Part shown: positions 1 to 9,530 of the stretch, in pieces
Layout: every line of letters starts with the position of its first letter
Numbering within the stretch: position 1 is the first letter of the stretch
DNA from: an uncultured Gemmatimonadota bacterium
GTDB taxonomy: Bacteria; Gemmatimonadota; Gemmatimonadetes; Palauibacterales; Palauibacteraceae
DNA length: 64,000 nt
Direction of reading: 5' to 3'
Assembly: GCA_964392705.1 (NCBI GenBank)
Contig: CAYMQZ010000001.1
Coordinates: 8,155 to 72,154 of the forward strand
Notes under the pieces: model-generated
The model's input: the letters and a program-made list of their open reading frames with translations, nothing else
What the model was told of the DNA's origin: nothing
Database searches by the model: none
Position numbers and translations under genes: made by a program

Positions 1-11
1 TCGTCATCCTG

Positions 12-1535
12 ATGATCCCCGCCGTCCTCGGGGTCACGCGCCTCGTGGACCTCCGCCAGATCGCCTTCGACCTGCAGACCCGCCACGGGGAGGCGTTCCT
101 CGCCATCGGTCGGCTGGAGACCTCGCTGGCCGAGCTGAACCGCGTCCAGAGCAATTACGTGGCGCTTCCCGGGCCCGACGCGCGGCGCACGGTGTACGAG
201 CGCCTCCAGCGGGCGGAGCGCCAGCTCAGCAGCCTGCGGGTGAGCGGCTACGGCGATGCGGTCCAGGAGCAGGCCGCGCTCGTGGATTCCCTGCGGGCCG
301 CCACGGAGAGGCTGGACCGGCTCATCCAGCGGGACCGCATCGGAGAGGCCACGGCCTATTTCGACGATGTCAAGCCGCTGTACGCGCGCGCCCAGGGCTC
401 CCTGGACGACCTGGCCCGGGTGGTCGACGACCGCAGCAGGGCGGAGGCGATCCGCGCCGAGAAGATCAGCTCGGACGTGGTCCGGACGATGGGGCTGGCG
501 TATGGAGCGGCGCTCTTCATCGCCGTGCTGGTGGGCGCCCTGGCGATCGGAGGCTTCACGGCCCTCCTCCGGCAGCTCCGTGCGGCGATGGCGAGCGTGG
601 CCGCCGGACGGTTCGTGCCCCCCGCCAGGCTGCCGTACGACCGGAAGGACGAGGTCGGCGACCTGTGTCGCTCGTTCCGGACCATGACGGAGCAACTGGC
701 CGAGCTGGAACGGCTGAAGGCGGAGTTCGTGAGCATCGCCAGCCACGAGCTCAAGACACCGGTCAGCGTGATCGAAGGGTACGCGGAGATGCTCGAGGAT
801 GGGCTCTACGGCTCCGTCACGGCCAAGCAGGTCCAGACGCTGCGCTACATCCAGGAGCAGACGGAGGTGCTGGCCGAACGGGTGAACCAGCTCCTCGCCA
901 TGAGCCGTCTGGAGGCGCGCGGGCTGGAGCTCTCGCCGCGCCAAGTGGACCCCCGGGACCTGGTGGAGGGGGTGCGTCAGGCGTTCGGCGCGCTGGCCGC
1001 CCAGAAGGGCGTGGAGTTCGTGGTCGAGACGGAGGAGACGACGCCCTCGAGGGTCGAGCTCGACCCGGATCGCATCCGGCACGAGCTGCTCGGCAACCTG
1101 ATCTCGAACGCGTTCAAGTTCACCCCTTCCGGCGGCCGGATCCTGGTGCACACCGGCGGTCGCGACGGACGCCTGGAGATCGAGGTGAGCGACACGGGAG
1201 AGGGAATTCCGACCGCGCAGCTCCCCTACATCTTCGAAAAGTACTACCAGGCCGGCCCCCGTGCGGGGAAGGTGGGGACGGGTCTCGGGCTCGCGATCGC
1301 GCGGGAGGTGGTCGAAGCGCACGGCGGCTCGATCGAGGTCGACAGCGAGCCCGGCCAGGGGACCAGCTTCCTCGTGCGGCTGCCGATCAGCCTCGAGGAT
1401 GGCACGGGCGGTCCATCGGAATCGACCGAGGCCTCCTGGCCGGAGCCGGCCCTGGCCGGGATCGGGGCGCCGGAGCGCCCGACGGGGGCGCACGGCGGGA
1501 CCGGTCGCTCCCGGGGGCTGAGCTCCGCGGGCTGA
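12..1535 (+). CDS. Sensor histidine kinase (HAMP-HisKA-HATPase); N-terminus probably continues upstream of the window
   Basis: H-box SIASHELKTPVSVIEGYAEML and G-box GTGLGLAIAREVVEAHGGSIEV are present. There is a single internal TM helix but no TM1, and the frame is open up to position 1, so the gene is probably 5'-truncated by the window edge. Confidence 0.85.
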   Translation: MIPAVLGVTRLVDLRQIAFDLQTRHGEAFLAIGRLETSLAELNRVQSNYVALPGPDARRTVYERLQRAERQLSSLRVSGYGDAVQEQAALVDSLRAATERLDRLIQRDRIGEATAYFDDVKPLYARAQGSLDDLARVVDDRSRAEAIRAEKISSDVVRTMGLAYGAALFIAVLVGALAIGGFTALLRQLRAAMASVAAGRFVPPARLPYDRKDEVGDLCRSFRTMTEQLAELERLKAEFVSIASHELKTPVSVIEGYAEMLEDGLYGSVTAKQVQTLRYIQEQTEVLAERVNQLLAMSRLEARGLELSPRQVDPRDLVEGVRQAFGALAAQKGVEFVVETEETTPSRVELDPDRIRHELLGNLISNAFKFTPSGGRILVHTGGRDGRLEIEVSDTGEGIPTAQLPYIFEKYYQAGPRAGKVGTGLGLAIAREVVEAHGGSIEVDSEPGQGTSFLVRLPISLEDGTGGPSESTEASWPEPALAGIGAPERPTGAHGGTGRSRGLSSAG

Positions 1536-1643
1536 CGTGCTCCGTTTCGCAATTCCGCCTGCATTCGCGCGCCGCTGCATCGCGCCATGCGGCGTCGCTC
1601 GTCCTCGCCCCCGCGCTCAGCTCTCGATCCGGCCTCTCCGAGC

Positions 1644-2249
1644 CTAGTTGAAGCGCACCTTCAGCCCGCCCTGCACGGCGAAGCGACTTCCGCCGACGTC
1701 GTCCCCGCCGGCCTCCGGCTCGCCGAAGTTGAAGAAGTCGAAGGCGGCCGTGCCGACCAGGCCGACCTCGTCCGAGAGCCAGTACTCGACGCCACCGACC
1801 GGTCCCGCCAGAAAGCCGCTCCTCGAGGCGGCGTCCACCGGATGACTCAGGCGGGCGTACCCGATGCGTCCGCCGAAGAAGGGATGGAGGTGGGGCATGC
1901 GGTCGGCGCGGACGCCGAACCGGTAGAGCGGCTCGGCGTAAACCGTGATCAGATCGGCGTTCTCGCCGACGCCGCCGACGTCGTGGAAGCTGATGCCCGT
2001 CCCGACGCCGAGCTCGAAGCCGCTGGCCCACGCCCGGCTCACGGTGGCCTCGAACCCCGGGCCGCCGTCCAGGCCGACGTCTCCGGGATCTCCGTCGCCC
2101 AGGTCTCCGCCGGGAATGGCGAAGCCGGCGTTCACCTTGAGTCCGAAACCGAGGTTCTGCGCGGCGCCCGTCGCCGGCAGCGCGAGACCGAAGGCCACCG
2201 TCCCGGCCAGTGCGAGGATGCTGCCGCCAAACGCTCTTCGCTTCTGCAT
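1644..2249 (-). CDS. Outer-membrane beta-barrel protein (OmpW/porin-like) with signal peptide
   Basis: Internal ATG at 2249 gives MQKRRAFGGSILALAGTVAFGLALPATGAAQ, a signal peptide. The rest has an alternating Gly/aromatic beta-strand pattern and ends ...GLKVRFN with a terminal aromatic residue. Confidence 0.7.
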   Translation of the reverse strand: MQKRRAFGGSILALAGTVAFGLALPATGAAQNLGFGLKVNAGFAIPGGDLGDGDPGDVGLDGGPGFEATVSRAWASGFELGVGTGISFHDVGGVGENADLITVYAEPLYRFGVRADRMPHLHPFFGGRIGYARLSHPVDAASRSGFLAGPVGGVEYWLSDEVGLVGTAAFDFFNFGEPEAGGDDVGGSRFAVQGGLKVRFN

Positions 2250-2394
2250 GGCGTTCGCTCCTTCCTCCACAACGGGTTCTTCTCCATCATCGCTGTCACT
2301 CAGGTTGGACGCGCCGGCGGCGCGCCCGGTCACCCGGACCGGATCCATGCAACCTCCGTGCGAAGGTGATCAAGTGTATGTGAAAGCATGCGTT

Positions 2395-3521
<1,127 letters not shown>

Positions 3522-3525
<4 letters not shown>

Positions 3526-4865
3526 GGATCGTGATCGTCGGCGCGGGCCAGGTGGGCTTCCATCTGGCGGAGCGCCTCTCGGAGGAGGGCCAGGACGTCG
3601 TCGTGATCGAGTCGGATCCCGGCACGGCGGAGCTGATCGAGGACCGCCTCGACGTGATGGCGGTGGTGGGAAACGGCGCGTCCGTGCACGTGCTGGAGCG
3701 GGCCGGCGTGGCGGGCGCCTCCCTCCTGCTCGCGGTCACGAACAAGGACGAGGTGAACATCCTGGCCTGCCTCGCGGCGGCCGCGATGGACGTGGGCGTC
3801 AAGGTGGCCCGGATCAGCAACCCCGAGTTCTTCACCGAGGAGGGGGTCCTCTCGCAGGAGCGGCTCGGGATCGACCTCATGATCAACCCGGAGCGCGAGT
3901 GCGCCTGGGAGACCTTCCAGCTCCTGGGAAGCGAGGCGGCCACCGAGCTGGTGCGCTTCGCCGACGGCAAGGTCCAGCTCATGGGCCTGCGAGTGCACGA
4001 GGGGGCCCAGGTGGCGGGGAAGACCCTGGCCGACCTGGATCGCGAGCTGGAGGGCCGGCGTTACGTGACCGTGGCGATCGCCCGGGACGGCGTCACGACG
4101 ATCCCCACCGGGGCCAGCCGGATCGAGGCCGGAGACCTGATCTTCGTGCTCAGCCCGGCGGCCGAGATGAAGGAGATCCCGCCCATGGCCGGTTACTCCC
4201 CCTACAAGCTGCGCCGGGTGATGATCGCGGGCGGGAGCCTCGAGGCGACCTATCTGGCCCAGCACCTGGCGGACCACGACGTGAGCTGCACGATCCTGGA
4301 GATCGACCGCGAGCGTTGCGTCGAGCTCTCGGAACAGCTGCCCGGCGCGCTGGTGCTGCACGGGGACGCCACCGACATGGATCTCCTCGAGATGGAGGGG
4401 ATCGAGGGGATCGACGGCTTCGTCGCCTTCACGGACCACGACGAGACGAACATGCTCTCCAGCCTCCTGGCGAAGGCCGCGGGCGCGAAGAAGGTGATCA
4501 GCCTCCTGCACCGGTTCGAGTACGTGCCCCTGGTCAGCCGGGTCGGGATCGACGCGGCCGTCTCGCCCCGGATGTCGGCCGTGAACACCATCCTGCGGTA
4601 CGTGCGGCACGGCAACGTGGCGCGGGTGGCGATCATGAAGGGGATCGACGCCGAGGCGATCGAGGTGCGGATCGGGCCGAAGGCCAAGTCGCTGGGCGTC
4701 CCGTTGAAGGATGTGGACTTTCCCGAGGGCGGACTGGTGGGCGCGATCATCCGCCGGGGCGACGTGATCACGCCCCGCGGCGGCGACGCGGTCCAGGAGG
4801 GGGATCACGTGATCCTGTTCGCCGTCCCGGAGGCCGTGAGCAAGCTCGAGCAACTGTTCGCGTGA
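3522..4865 (+). CDS. trkA: Trk potassium uptake protein TrkA (two NAD-binding KTN domains)
   Basis: MRIVIVGAGQVGFHLAERL... is followed by a second MIAGGSLEATYLAQHL Rossmann repeat. The in-frame ATG at 3522 lies inside the 825-aa composite ORF. Confidence 0.9.
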
Positions 4866-4947
4866 GCCGAGGCCGCGGGGACGCGCCGGTCGGCGGTGCG
4901 GCGCGAGCGGGCGCCGAGCCGGCGTCGCGAGCGGGGGGTGGGGCCGC

Positions 4948-6450
4948 GTGAGATTCGCTCATCTGGTCAACGTGGTGGGCGTCATCCTCATGGCGCTGTC
5001 GGGCGCGCTGGCGGTCTCGGCGGGGGTGGCCGTCCTGTACGGCGACGGCGACGCGCTGGCGTTCGTCGTCTCGGCGGCCCTCTCGGCCGGAGCCGGCTGG
5101 CTCGCCTGGCGGCGCACCTCCCTGGAGCGCGACCTGTCCCTGCGGGAGGGGTACGCCGTGGTCTCGCTGGCGTGGCTCGCCGTGGGGGTGGTGGGCGCCA
5201 TCCCCTACCTGCTGAGCGGAAGCCTCGCCTCGCCCGCCGCCGCCCTGTTCGAGTCCGTATCGGGCTTCACCACCACCGGAGCGACGGTCTTCGGAGAGAT
5301 CGAGAGGCTGCCCCACGGGATCCACTTCTGGCGCTGCCTCACCCAGTGGCTCGGCGGCATGGGCATCATCGTGCTCGGCGTGGCGATCCTCCCCTTTCTC
5401 GGGATCGGGGGCATGCAGCTGTTCCGCGCCGAGGTTCCCGGCCCCACGCCGGAGCGCCTCGCGCCGCGGATCACGCAGACGGCGAAGCTGCTGTGGTACG
5501 TGTACGGCGGGCTGACCGTGGCGGAGGCCGCCCTCTTGATGCTGGGCGGGCTCTCCCCGTTCGAGGCCGTGACGCACGCGTTCACCACCCTGTCGACGGG
5601 GGGCTTCTCGCCCAGGAACGCCTCGATCGCCGCCTACGACTCCGCGTGGGTCCAGTACGTGATCATCCTGTTCATGTACCTGGCGGCGGTGAACTTCACG
5701 CTGCATTTCCGGGCGGCGGTGGGAAGGCCGGGCTACTGGAGGGACCCGGAGTGGCGGTTCTTCACGGCCGTGCTTCTCGGAGCCGCCGCGATGATCCTGG
5801 GGATCGTGTGGGTCGGCGGAAGCTACGAGGGCGTGGGGGTCGAGCGCGCCTTCCGCGACGCCCTCTTCCAGGCCGTCTCCATCGGAACCACGACGGGGTA
5901 CGTCACGTTCGACTACGAGCAGTGGGCGACGGGGGCCCAGCTCCTGCTGCTCGGCCTCATGTTCATGGGCGGCATGGCCGGCTCCACCGGCGGCGGGATG
6001 AAGGCGATGCGCGTCTACATCCTCTTTCGTCACGGGATCGCCGAGCTCAAGCGGAGCCTGCACCCCAGGGCCATCGTCCCGACGCGGCTGGGCGACCGGC
6101 CGGTGCGCGAGGGCGTGCTGCAGCGGATCCTGGCGTTCGCGCTCTTCTACATCGTGCTCCACGTGGCGGGGGTCTTCGCCATGGCCCTGCTGGGCCACGA
6201 CCTGGTCACCTCGATCGGGTCGAGCGCCGCGACGATCGGGAACATCGGCCCCGGGATCGGCGATGTGGGAGCCGTGGACAACTACGGCTGGATGGGCCCG
6301 ATCTCGCATCTGGTCCTGGTCTTCCTCATGCTGGCGGGGCGGCTGGAGATCTTCACCGTGCTGCTGCTCTTCCATCCCGATCTGTGGCGCCGCGATCGCA
6401 GGCGACCGCCTGAGCCAGGAGCGGTCCGAGAAACGCGGCTCGCCCCATGA
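4948..6450 (+). CDS. trkH: Trk-type K+ transporter membrane subunit TrkH
   Basis: Polytopic membrane protein with TrkH/KtrB pore-loop repeats (ESVSGFTTTGATVF, TLSTGGFSP, SIGTTTGY, STGGGMK). It follows trkA. Confidence 0.9.
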   Translation: MRFAHLVNVVGVILMALSGALAVSAGVAVLYGDGDALAFVVSAALSAGAGWLAWRRTSLERDLSLREGYAVVSLAWLAVGVVGAIPYLLSGSLASPAAALFESVSGFTTTGATVFGEIERLPHGIHFWRCLTQWLGGMGIIVLGVAILPFLGIGGMQLFRAEVPGPTPERLAPRITQTAKLLWYVYGGLTVAEAALLMLGGLSPFEAVTHAFTTLSTGGFSPRNASIAAYDSAWVQYVIILFMYLAAVNFTLHFRAAVGRPGYWRDPEWRFFTAVLLGAAAMILGIVWVGGSYEGVGVERAFRDALFQAVSIGTTTGYVTFDYEQWATGAQLLLLGLMFMGGMAGSTGGGMKAMRVYILFRHGIAELKRSLHPRAIVPTRLGDRPVREGVLQRILAFALFYIVLHVAGVFAMALLGHDLVTSIGSSAATIGNIGPGIGDVGAVDNYGWMGPISHLVLVFLMLAGRLEIFTVLLLFHPDLWRRDRRRPPEPGAVRETRLAP

Positions 6451-6508
6451 CTGGGACAGGCCTCTGGTCGCTGGCCCGGGGCGGGCCTCCCCTCCATCTT
6501 GGCCCGCG

Positions 6509-8182
6509 ATGAGCGAGCCGAGCCGCGAAGGCGCGATCGTCCCGTCCCGGCACCAGCCGCCCCTCCCGGAGGCGCGTCTACTGCGCGAGGAGGCGCCCGG
6601 CGAGGAGGCCGTGCCGCTGGACGTCCTGATCGTCGGGGGCGGCCCGGCCGGACTCGCCGCGGCGATCGAGCTGGCCAGGCTCGCCCGACGGGACGCCGAG
6701 GCGGGCGGGGAACCCGCCGAGCTCGAGATCGGCGTGCTGGAGAAGTCCGGCGAGCTGGGGGAGCATTGCCTCTCGGGGGCGGTCGTGAACCCCGCCCCCT
6801 TCCGCGAGCTGTTCCCGGAGGTGCCCGAGGAGGATCTGCCCTTCCGCGGCCCCGTGGAGCGGGACCGGGTCTACCTGCTCACCGAGCGGCGGAGGGTCCG
6901 GCTGCCGGCCCCGCCCACCATGCGCAACGGCGGGAACCACGTCGGCTCGATCTGCGAGATCGTCCGCTGGATGGGCGAGCGCGCCGAGGCGCTCGGCGTG
7001 AACCTGTTCACGGGCTTCCCGGCCGACGCCTTGCTGCTGGACGGGGGCCGGGTCTCCGGGGTTCGCACGACGCCCGCCGGGCTGGAGCGCGACGGGGCTC
7101 CGGGGGCCGGATACATGCCTCCGACCGACCTGTCGGCCCGCGTCACGATCCTGGCCGAGGGTACCCGCGGCGCGCTCGCCGGGGCCTGGATGGATCGCGA
7201 GGGGATCGGCTCGCCCAACCCCCAGATCTGGGCGCTGGGCGTGAAGGAGCTGTGGCGGGTAGAGCGGCCGCTGGACGCCGTCGTGCACACCCTCGGCTGG
7301 CCGCTCCCGCGGGACGCGTTCGGGGGGAGCTGGATCTATCCCATGGGGCCGCACCTCATCTCCCTCGGCCTCGTCGTGGGTCTGGACTACCGGCAGCACA
7401 CCCTGGATGTGCACGTGCTGCTCCAGCGGATGAAGGAGCACCCGTTCGTGGCCGAGCTGCTGGAAGGCGGCGAGCTGGTGGAGTGGGGCGGAAAGACGAT
7501 CCCGGAGGGTGGCTACTGGTCGTTGCCCGATCGGCTCCACGGGGACGGGCTGCTCGTGGTCGGCGACGCCGCGGGGCTGGTGAACGTGGCCTCGCTGAAG
7601 GGGATCCACTACGCGGTGCAGTCGGGCACCTTCGCCGCCCGCGCGGCGTTCGAGGCGCTGCGGAACGGCGACGTCTCGGCGGCCGGGCTGTCCTCGTACG
7701 ACCGGGCGCTGCGCGAGAGCTTCGTCGTCCGCGACCTGTACCGGACGCGTAACATGCGACTGGCGTTCCGGAGCGGCTTCTGGACCGGCGGAGTCAAGGC
7801 CGGCCTCATGCAGCTCACGGGGGGCGCGTTCCCGGGCGGCCGGATCCCGGCCGAGCCGGACGCCGAGGTCGCTCGCCGGATCGTCCCCGCTCCGGACTTC
7901 CGCCCGGACGGGGAGCGGACCTTCGCGAAGCCCGATGCGGTGTTCCGCTCGGGCAACGCCACGCGCGACGACATCCCCTCCCATCTGGTGGTGAGGGACG
8001 ATGTGCCGCCCGAGGTGGCCGAGTTCTACGAGCACATGTGCCCGGCCTCCGTCTACGAGCGGGACGGGGACCGCCTCGTCGTGAACGCGCCGAACTGCAT
8101 CGACTGCAAGGCGACGGACGTGCTGGGTCCCCGCTGGACGCCGAGGGAGGGAGGGAGCGGCCCGGCTTACAAGCGCATGTGA
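6509..8182 (+). CDS. Electron-transfer flavoprotein-ubiquinone oxidoreductase (ETF-QO)
   Basis: FAD-binding VLIVGGGPAGLAAAIELARL and a C-terminal 4Fe-4S motif CPASVYE...NAPNCIDCKATDV. The internal ATG at 6509 follows the trkH stop; the ORF N-terminus overlapping trkH was rejected. Confidence 0.88.
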   Translation: MSEPSREGAIVPSRHQPPLPEARLLREEAPGEEAVPLDVLIVGGGPAGLAAAIELARLARRDAEAGGEPAELEIGVLEKSGELGEHCLSGAVVNPAPFRELFPEVPEEDLPFRGPVERDRVYLLTERRRVRLPAPPTMRNGGNHVGSICEIVRWMGERAEALGVNLFTGFPADALLLDGGRVSGVRTTPAGLERDGAPGAGYMPPTDLSARVTILAEGTRGALAGAWMDREGIGSPNPQIWALGVKELWRVERPLDAVVHTLGWPLPRDAFGGSWIYPMGPHLISLGLVVGLDYRQHTLDVHVLLQRMKEHPFVAELLEGGELVEWGGKTIPEGGYWSLPDRLHGDGLLVVGDAAGLVNVASLKGIHYAVQSGTFAARAAFEALRNGDVSAAGLSSYDRALRESFVVRDLYRTRNMRLAFRSGFWTGGVKAGLMQLTGGAFPGGRIPAEPDAEVARRIVPAPDFRPDGERTFAKPDAVFRSGNATRDDIPSHLVVRDDVPPEVAEFYEHMCPASVYERDGDRLVVNAPNCIDCKATDVLGPRWTPREGGSGPAYKRM

Positions 8183-8231
8183 AGCGGGGTCGGGCCGTGC
8201 CGGTTCGCCCGCACCGGAAGGGCGGGGGAGG

Positions 8232-9530
8232 TCAGGAAGCGACCCGTTCCCGTTCCGCGTCGGACCCTTCGAACCCGCGCCGGAGGAGCGTGAAGGCGTC
8301 CTCCACCTGCTCGTAGCCGTTGCGGAGCAGAAACGCCGCGTTCCGGCCGTAGCTCTTCATGCCCAGGATGAAGAAGCCGGGCTCCGGGTTCTCGAGCGCC
8401 TCGGGCCCGAACCCGCCCAGCTCGAGGCAGTCGACGGGTCCGTCGCCGGCCGCTCCCAGCAGCGCGGCGGCCAGCTTCATGGGCCCTCGCGACGCGTAGC
8501 ATTCGTGGATCTGTAGCTGCCGGTAGATCCGGTCGTCGGGCTCGTAGCCCACGTTGGCCACGACCTCGTCCACCTCGACCGTCTCGACGCGGGCCCCTTC
8601 CGACTCGCCCTCCCCAAGGCGCGCCTCGCGCCTCGCTCCCCGCGCTTCGAAGCTCACCCGGATGGGGCCGGCCACCGGCTCCACGGCCAGGACGCGCGCG
8701 CCGCCTCGCCAGGCGCTCCCCGGTGGCGGATCTCCGGCCAGCCCGTTGGCCCGATCCACGAGCGCCGCGCGCTCGGGCAGCGGGTCGTCGGGGATGCGCT
8801 CGAGGGCGCCGGGCGTGGCACGCGTGAGCCACAGGAAGCTCGTCCCCGGCTCGCGGGCGGCCAGCTCGGTCAGCGCGAGCACCGTCGTGGCCGCGGAGTG
8901 ACCCCCGCCGACCACCAGGGTCCGCCGTCCCGCGTAGCGGGCCCGGTCCCGCCCCGTCACGTCGGGGAGCCCGTACTGGATGCGCGTCCGAAGCGCGCGC
9001 TCTCCACGCGCGGGCAGCCCGCCGGGACCCAGCCGGTTCGGGCGCCCGTAGGTCCCGGTGCAGTCGAGCACGACGTCGGCCTCCCGCTCCTCCTCGACGC
9101 CGCCCCGCTCGACCAGGATCCGGAAGGGATCGGCCGCTCGGGCCGCCGAGCCGATCGACTCCCCCTTGAGCAACCGGCTCCGGCCCACGCAGACGACGCG
9201 CGTGCCGGGCTCCACCGGCGCCCGGGCCGCGAGGGCGCGGGCCAGCGGAAGGAGATACGATCGCCGGAGCTCGGCGCCCGTGAGCATCGCGTCGGCAGCG
9301 GGGAACGGATCGCCGGGTCCCTCGGAGGAGCGCAGGAGCTCGAGGCCGGCGGGCCCGGCGTTCATCCCGAACGGGCTGAACAGCCGGACGTGCCCCCATC
9401 GCCTCACGTGCTCGGCGGGCTCGCCCGCCTCCAGCACGCGGACCCGCCAGCCCTCGGCCAGCGCCCGCGCCGCGGCCTCCAGGCCCACGGGCCCGGCGCC
9501 GAGCACGGCGAGGCGCCGGGCCCCGGTCAC
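8232..9530 (-). CDS. FAD/NAD(P)-binding flavoprotein oxidoreductase (two Rossmann motifs; YpdA / N-hydroxylating monooxygenase-like)
   Basis: RRLAVLGAGPVGLEAAARALAEGWRVRVLEAGE and a second TLVVGGGHSAATTVLAL motif. The GTG start at 9530 overlaps the S46 peptidase stop (GTGA). Only the C-terminal 432 aa of the 1138-aa ORF are used. Confidence 0.7.
   Translation of the reverse strand: MTGARRLAVLGAGPVGLEAAARALAEGWRVRVLEAGEPAEHVRRWGHVRLFSPFGMNAGPAGLELLRSSEGPGDPFPAADAMLTGAELRRSYLLPLARALAARAPVEPGTRVVCVGRSRLLKGESIGSAARAADPFRILVERGGVEEEREADVVLDCTGTYGRPNRLGPGGLPARGERALRTRIQYGLPDVTGRDRARYAGRRTLVVGGGHSAATTVLALTELAAREPGTSFLWLTRATPGALERIPDDPLPERAALVDRANGLAGDPPPGSAWRGGARVLAVEPVAGPIRVSFEARGARREARLGEGESEGARVETVEVDEVVANVGYEPDDRIYRQLQIHECYASRGPMKLAAALLGAAGDGPVDCLELGGFGPEALENPEPGFFILGMKSYGRNAAFLLRNGYEQVEDAFTLLRRGFEGSDAERERVAS

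Noticed and set aside
8183-8231. Possible bidirectional terminator between convergent ETF-QO and flavoprotein genes
   Set aside because: I could not find a clean inverted repeat when pairing the sequence by hand; only partial complementarity.
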